Below are positions 61,677-64,000 of a stretch of 64,000 nt of DNA, piece after piece. Below the pieces are notes generated by a model, which worked only from the letters and a program-made list of their open reading frames with translations, did no database searches and was not told where the DNA came from. A program made the position numbers and the translations under genes. The stretch's first letter is position 1. The number at the start of each line of letters is the position of its first letter. Source of the stretch: Guillardia theta CCMP2712 (taxonomy: Eukaryota > Protista > Cryptophyta); the NCBI RefSeq assembly GCF_000315625.1, contig NW_005434661.1, positions 768,345 through 832,344 on the forward strand. Reading direction: 5' to 3'.

Positions 61677-63161
61677 ATGGTGTGGGTGCTGGTGGGCGGC
61701 GGGAGGCGACTGGAGATCGGGGGGGAAGGAGGAGGAGCGGAGGAAGGGAGGAAAGGCGACGTGAGGATCGGGAAGTCAGAGGATAATGACGTGGTCATCA
61801 GCCATGAATCCGTGTCAAGGCGCCATGCAGTGATAGGATACAGTGACAGAAAGAAGGCGGTGTGGTTGGAAGACGACTCCTCCAACGGCACTTGGGTGAA
61901 TGGCGAGAAAGTAGAGAGAGATCGAAGGATTGAGCTTGCAAACGGATCAAAAATTAGGTTCGGAGAGCATGATGAAGCCTACGTCTTGGAGCTTGTGGAC
62001 AAGTCCGAGGGGACCAAAGAGTTGCTATCAAGACTGGAAGGGTATGGGGATGAAGACGCGGAGGAGGATGAGCCGGACAGCGATGAGGAGGGGAAGTCAA
62101 AGGTCAAAAAGCCTGCCGCCAGACGAGAATCCTCCTCTAGGTCTCGATCACCGATCAGAAGAAGGTCGCGTTCTTGGGAAAGGAGATCCCGCTCTCCAGC
62201 AAGTCGATCTCGGGACAGGAGGAGGTCTCGATCCCGGGACAGGAGGAGGTCTCGTTCTCGGGACAGGAGGATATCTCGATCTCGGGACAGGAGGAGGAGT
62301 CGATCTCGGGACAGGAGGAGGAGTCGATCTCGGGACAGGAGGAGGAGTCGATCTCGGGACAGGAGGAGGAGTCGATCTCGGGACGGGAAGAGGTCTCGAT
62401 CTCGGGATAGGAGGAGTCGTTCAAGGGATCGAAGGTCCTGGTCACAAGAACGGAGAAGGTCCCGATCGCGAGGCTCAATGGATGGAGGAGAGGATGAGAG
62501 CAAGAGCAAAGAACCAGCGGGAAACTTGCGCACAAGTGCAAACACCGTGCAAACACATGCTGGGGGAGGTAACCCTTGCACGTGGAGCCATGGCGAATTT
62601 TCACACAGCAGCAGGTCAACCAAACGTCATGGTGGGAACCAGCCCAGCATTCAGCCTTGCCTCTGCCTCCCAAAAGCGAAAACTTCTGTCTGACATATCC
62701 GGCTCTCCGAGCTCTTTGCTAATGCTGCCTTAGATGGGCCTCTAAGCCTAAGGAGGAGACGGGCAACAACACTGCAAAATGGACAAGTCTTTCAAGCTCT
62801 CTGGGTGATTCACAAGCTCAGGTGTAATGATGGTAGACAGGCTGCAAGACGAAGCATCTGAACGTCCTGAGCAGGAAAAGTTTCTTAAGCTCATGGGAGG
62901 GAAGAAGCCAGGTAAGGGAGGAGACCGTTAAGTGAGATTTTCGATGGGCATGCCTGACTGCAATGGAGGCAACGAGGCCATGGCAGGTAAGGCGCCGGAA
63001 GCCCCTCCAGGAGATCGTGCTAGCTATCGGAACATGCAGCAAAACCTGGAGAAAGAGTTCGATGAAGCCCTCCGACGTGAGCTGATGCATTTCATTTGTT
63101 GCAGTTGGTTGAAAATTTGTCAATAGGAAGCCAAGGAATGGGGAAATTTGGACTAGGCTAG
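61677..63161 (+). CDS. FHA-domain, RS-rich, SMAP-domain (RSRC2-like C-terminus) protein, multi-exon
   Basis: IGK..DNDVVISHESVSRRHA..SSNGTWVNG (FHA), SRSRDRRR repeats, KRKLL, RQEKFLKLMGG, QQNLEKEFDEA and terminal GLG*. Confidence 0.8.
62204..62420 (+). repeat. 24-bp coding tandem repeat (SRSRDRRR)
   Basis: TCGATCTCGGGACAGGAGGAGGAG-type units, about 9 copies. Confidence 0.9.
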
Positions 63162-63555
63162 GGTAGAGCATACATATGTTTTTCAATTAACGTAGAGAAA
63201 GATTCAACGTTCATATAAGTACAATGGGCCCAGATACATCGTCATGGGAAAGAATGTTTATTACCAAAACAAAAATCTCAGCGCAACAGTTTATCCCTAC
63301 AGCTTCATTTCCCATGCTTTTGCTTCATGCAGTTCATGAAATGTACTCTTGCTATATATAACCATTTCGCTACATCTGTTTCGAAATCATATTGAAACAT
63401 CCGATCTGAAATCCAAAAAGGAATGTGCAACATCAACCACAGATTCAAAAGTCAACCAGAAAATTCCAGCATGGCTTCGAGTTCCGATGCCTGGGTGCGA
63501 CAACTGAATCATGGATGGACTGCAATCAGATCTCCAAAGAATGTGGAGGCACAAA

Positions 63556-64000
63556 TTATCCTTGAGGCCTTTCAGGCTGGATTGTTTCCTGATACTTCAA
63601 AATCGTCCAGTCGAACACATAATCGTACTGGAAGCCTTCTCGAATGAACAAATCACGGAATAACTTTCTCAAATATCTACAGCAACGTATGAGTATAAAG
63701 TAACGCCATCCAGTTATCCTAAGCTTACCCATAATCTGGCTTGTCATCGAATCTCAAGGCCCGAACATAGTTCAGGTAGGTGGCAAATTCCTGGGGGAAG
63801 CCTTTGCCTGGGATTATGTCAGGATTCGAACATGATAAAAATCACTAACTCACAGAGCTGCTCCACTTGAGTGCCCATCTTCTTCTCTGAGATCTTCTCA
63901 TACTTTTGCTTCTTGTTTGCAGCGCGCAATCCTTGCCACGGAAGGCTTCCACGATTGAAATACATGAGGACGTATCCCAGCGACTCCAGATCATCGCGGC
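63556..64000 (-). CDS. CK1: Casein kinase 1, 3' exons (runs off the window)
   Basis: [49 protein letters not shown] and [14 protein letters not shown]. Confidence 0.95.

Noticed and set aside
61150-61678. Possible small minus-strand gene whose ATG overlaps the FHA gene ATG
   Set aside because: Exon structure and product could not be supported from the sequence alone.

Overview
Gene-dense, intron-rich eukaryotic nuclear DNA. The short GT-AG introns filled with GGA/CCT microsatellites, bipartite signal peptides and RLRGG leaders suggest a cryptophyte alga (Guillardia/Hanusia-like); this is inference. About 20 genes lie in mostly alternating orientation: OFCC1-like, FCP1-like HAD phosphatase, PDZ/UBA protein, TENT5/FAM46 poly(A) polymerase, a DUF4336 pseudogene, a Cid1/TUT-type terminal uridylyltransferase apparently fused to DUF789, dihydroxy-acid dehydratase, a giant STRA6-like receptor, MFS transporter, cytidine deaminase, signal-peptide HSP110, GDP-fucose transporter, TMEM42, PKD2 channel, NUDIX hydrolase, a large S8 subtilase, an FHA-RS-SMAP protein and CK1. 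The most striking region is 9.2-23.3 kb. Two RNA 3'-tailing enzymes of different families share an ungapped 19-aa motif (L[VI]TETxxSxxGPANGNGDS) whose identical residues are kept through synonymous changes. Between them, in a tract of decayed genes, lies a copy of part of the TENT5 CDS folded into a perfect 47-bp inverted repeat. Multi-exon gene boundaries are approximate and were read by eye. No rRNA, tRNA, CRISPR or transposase was seen.
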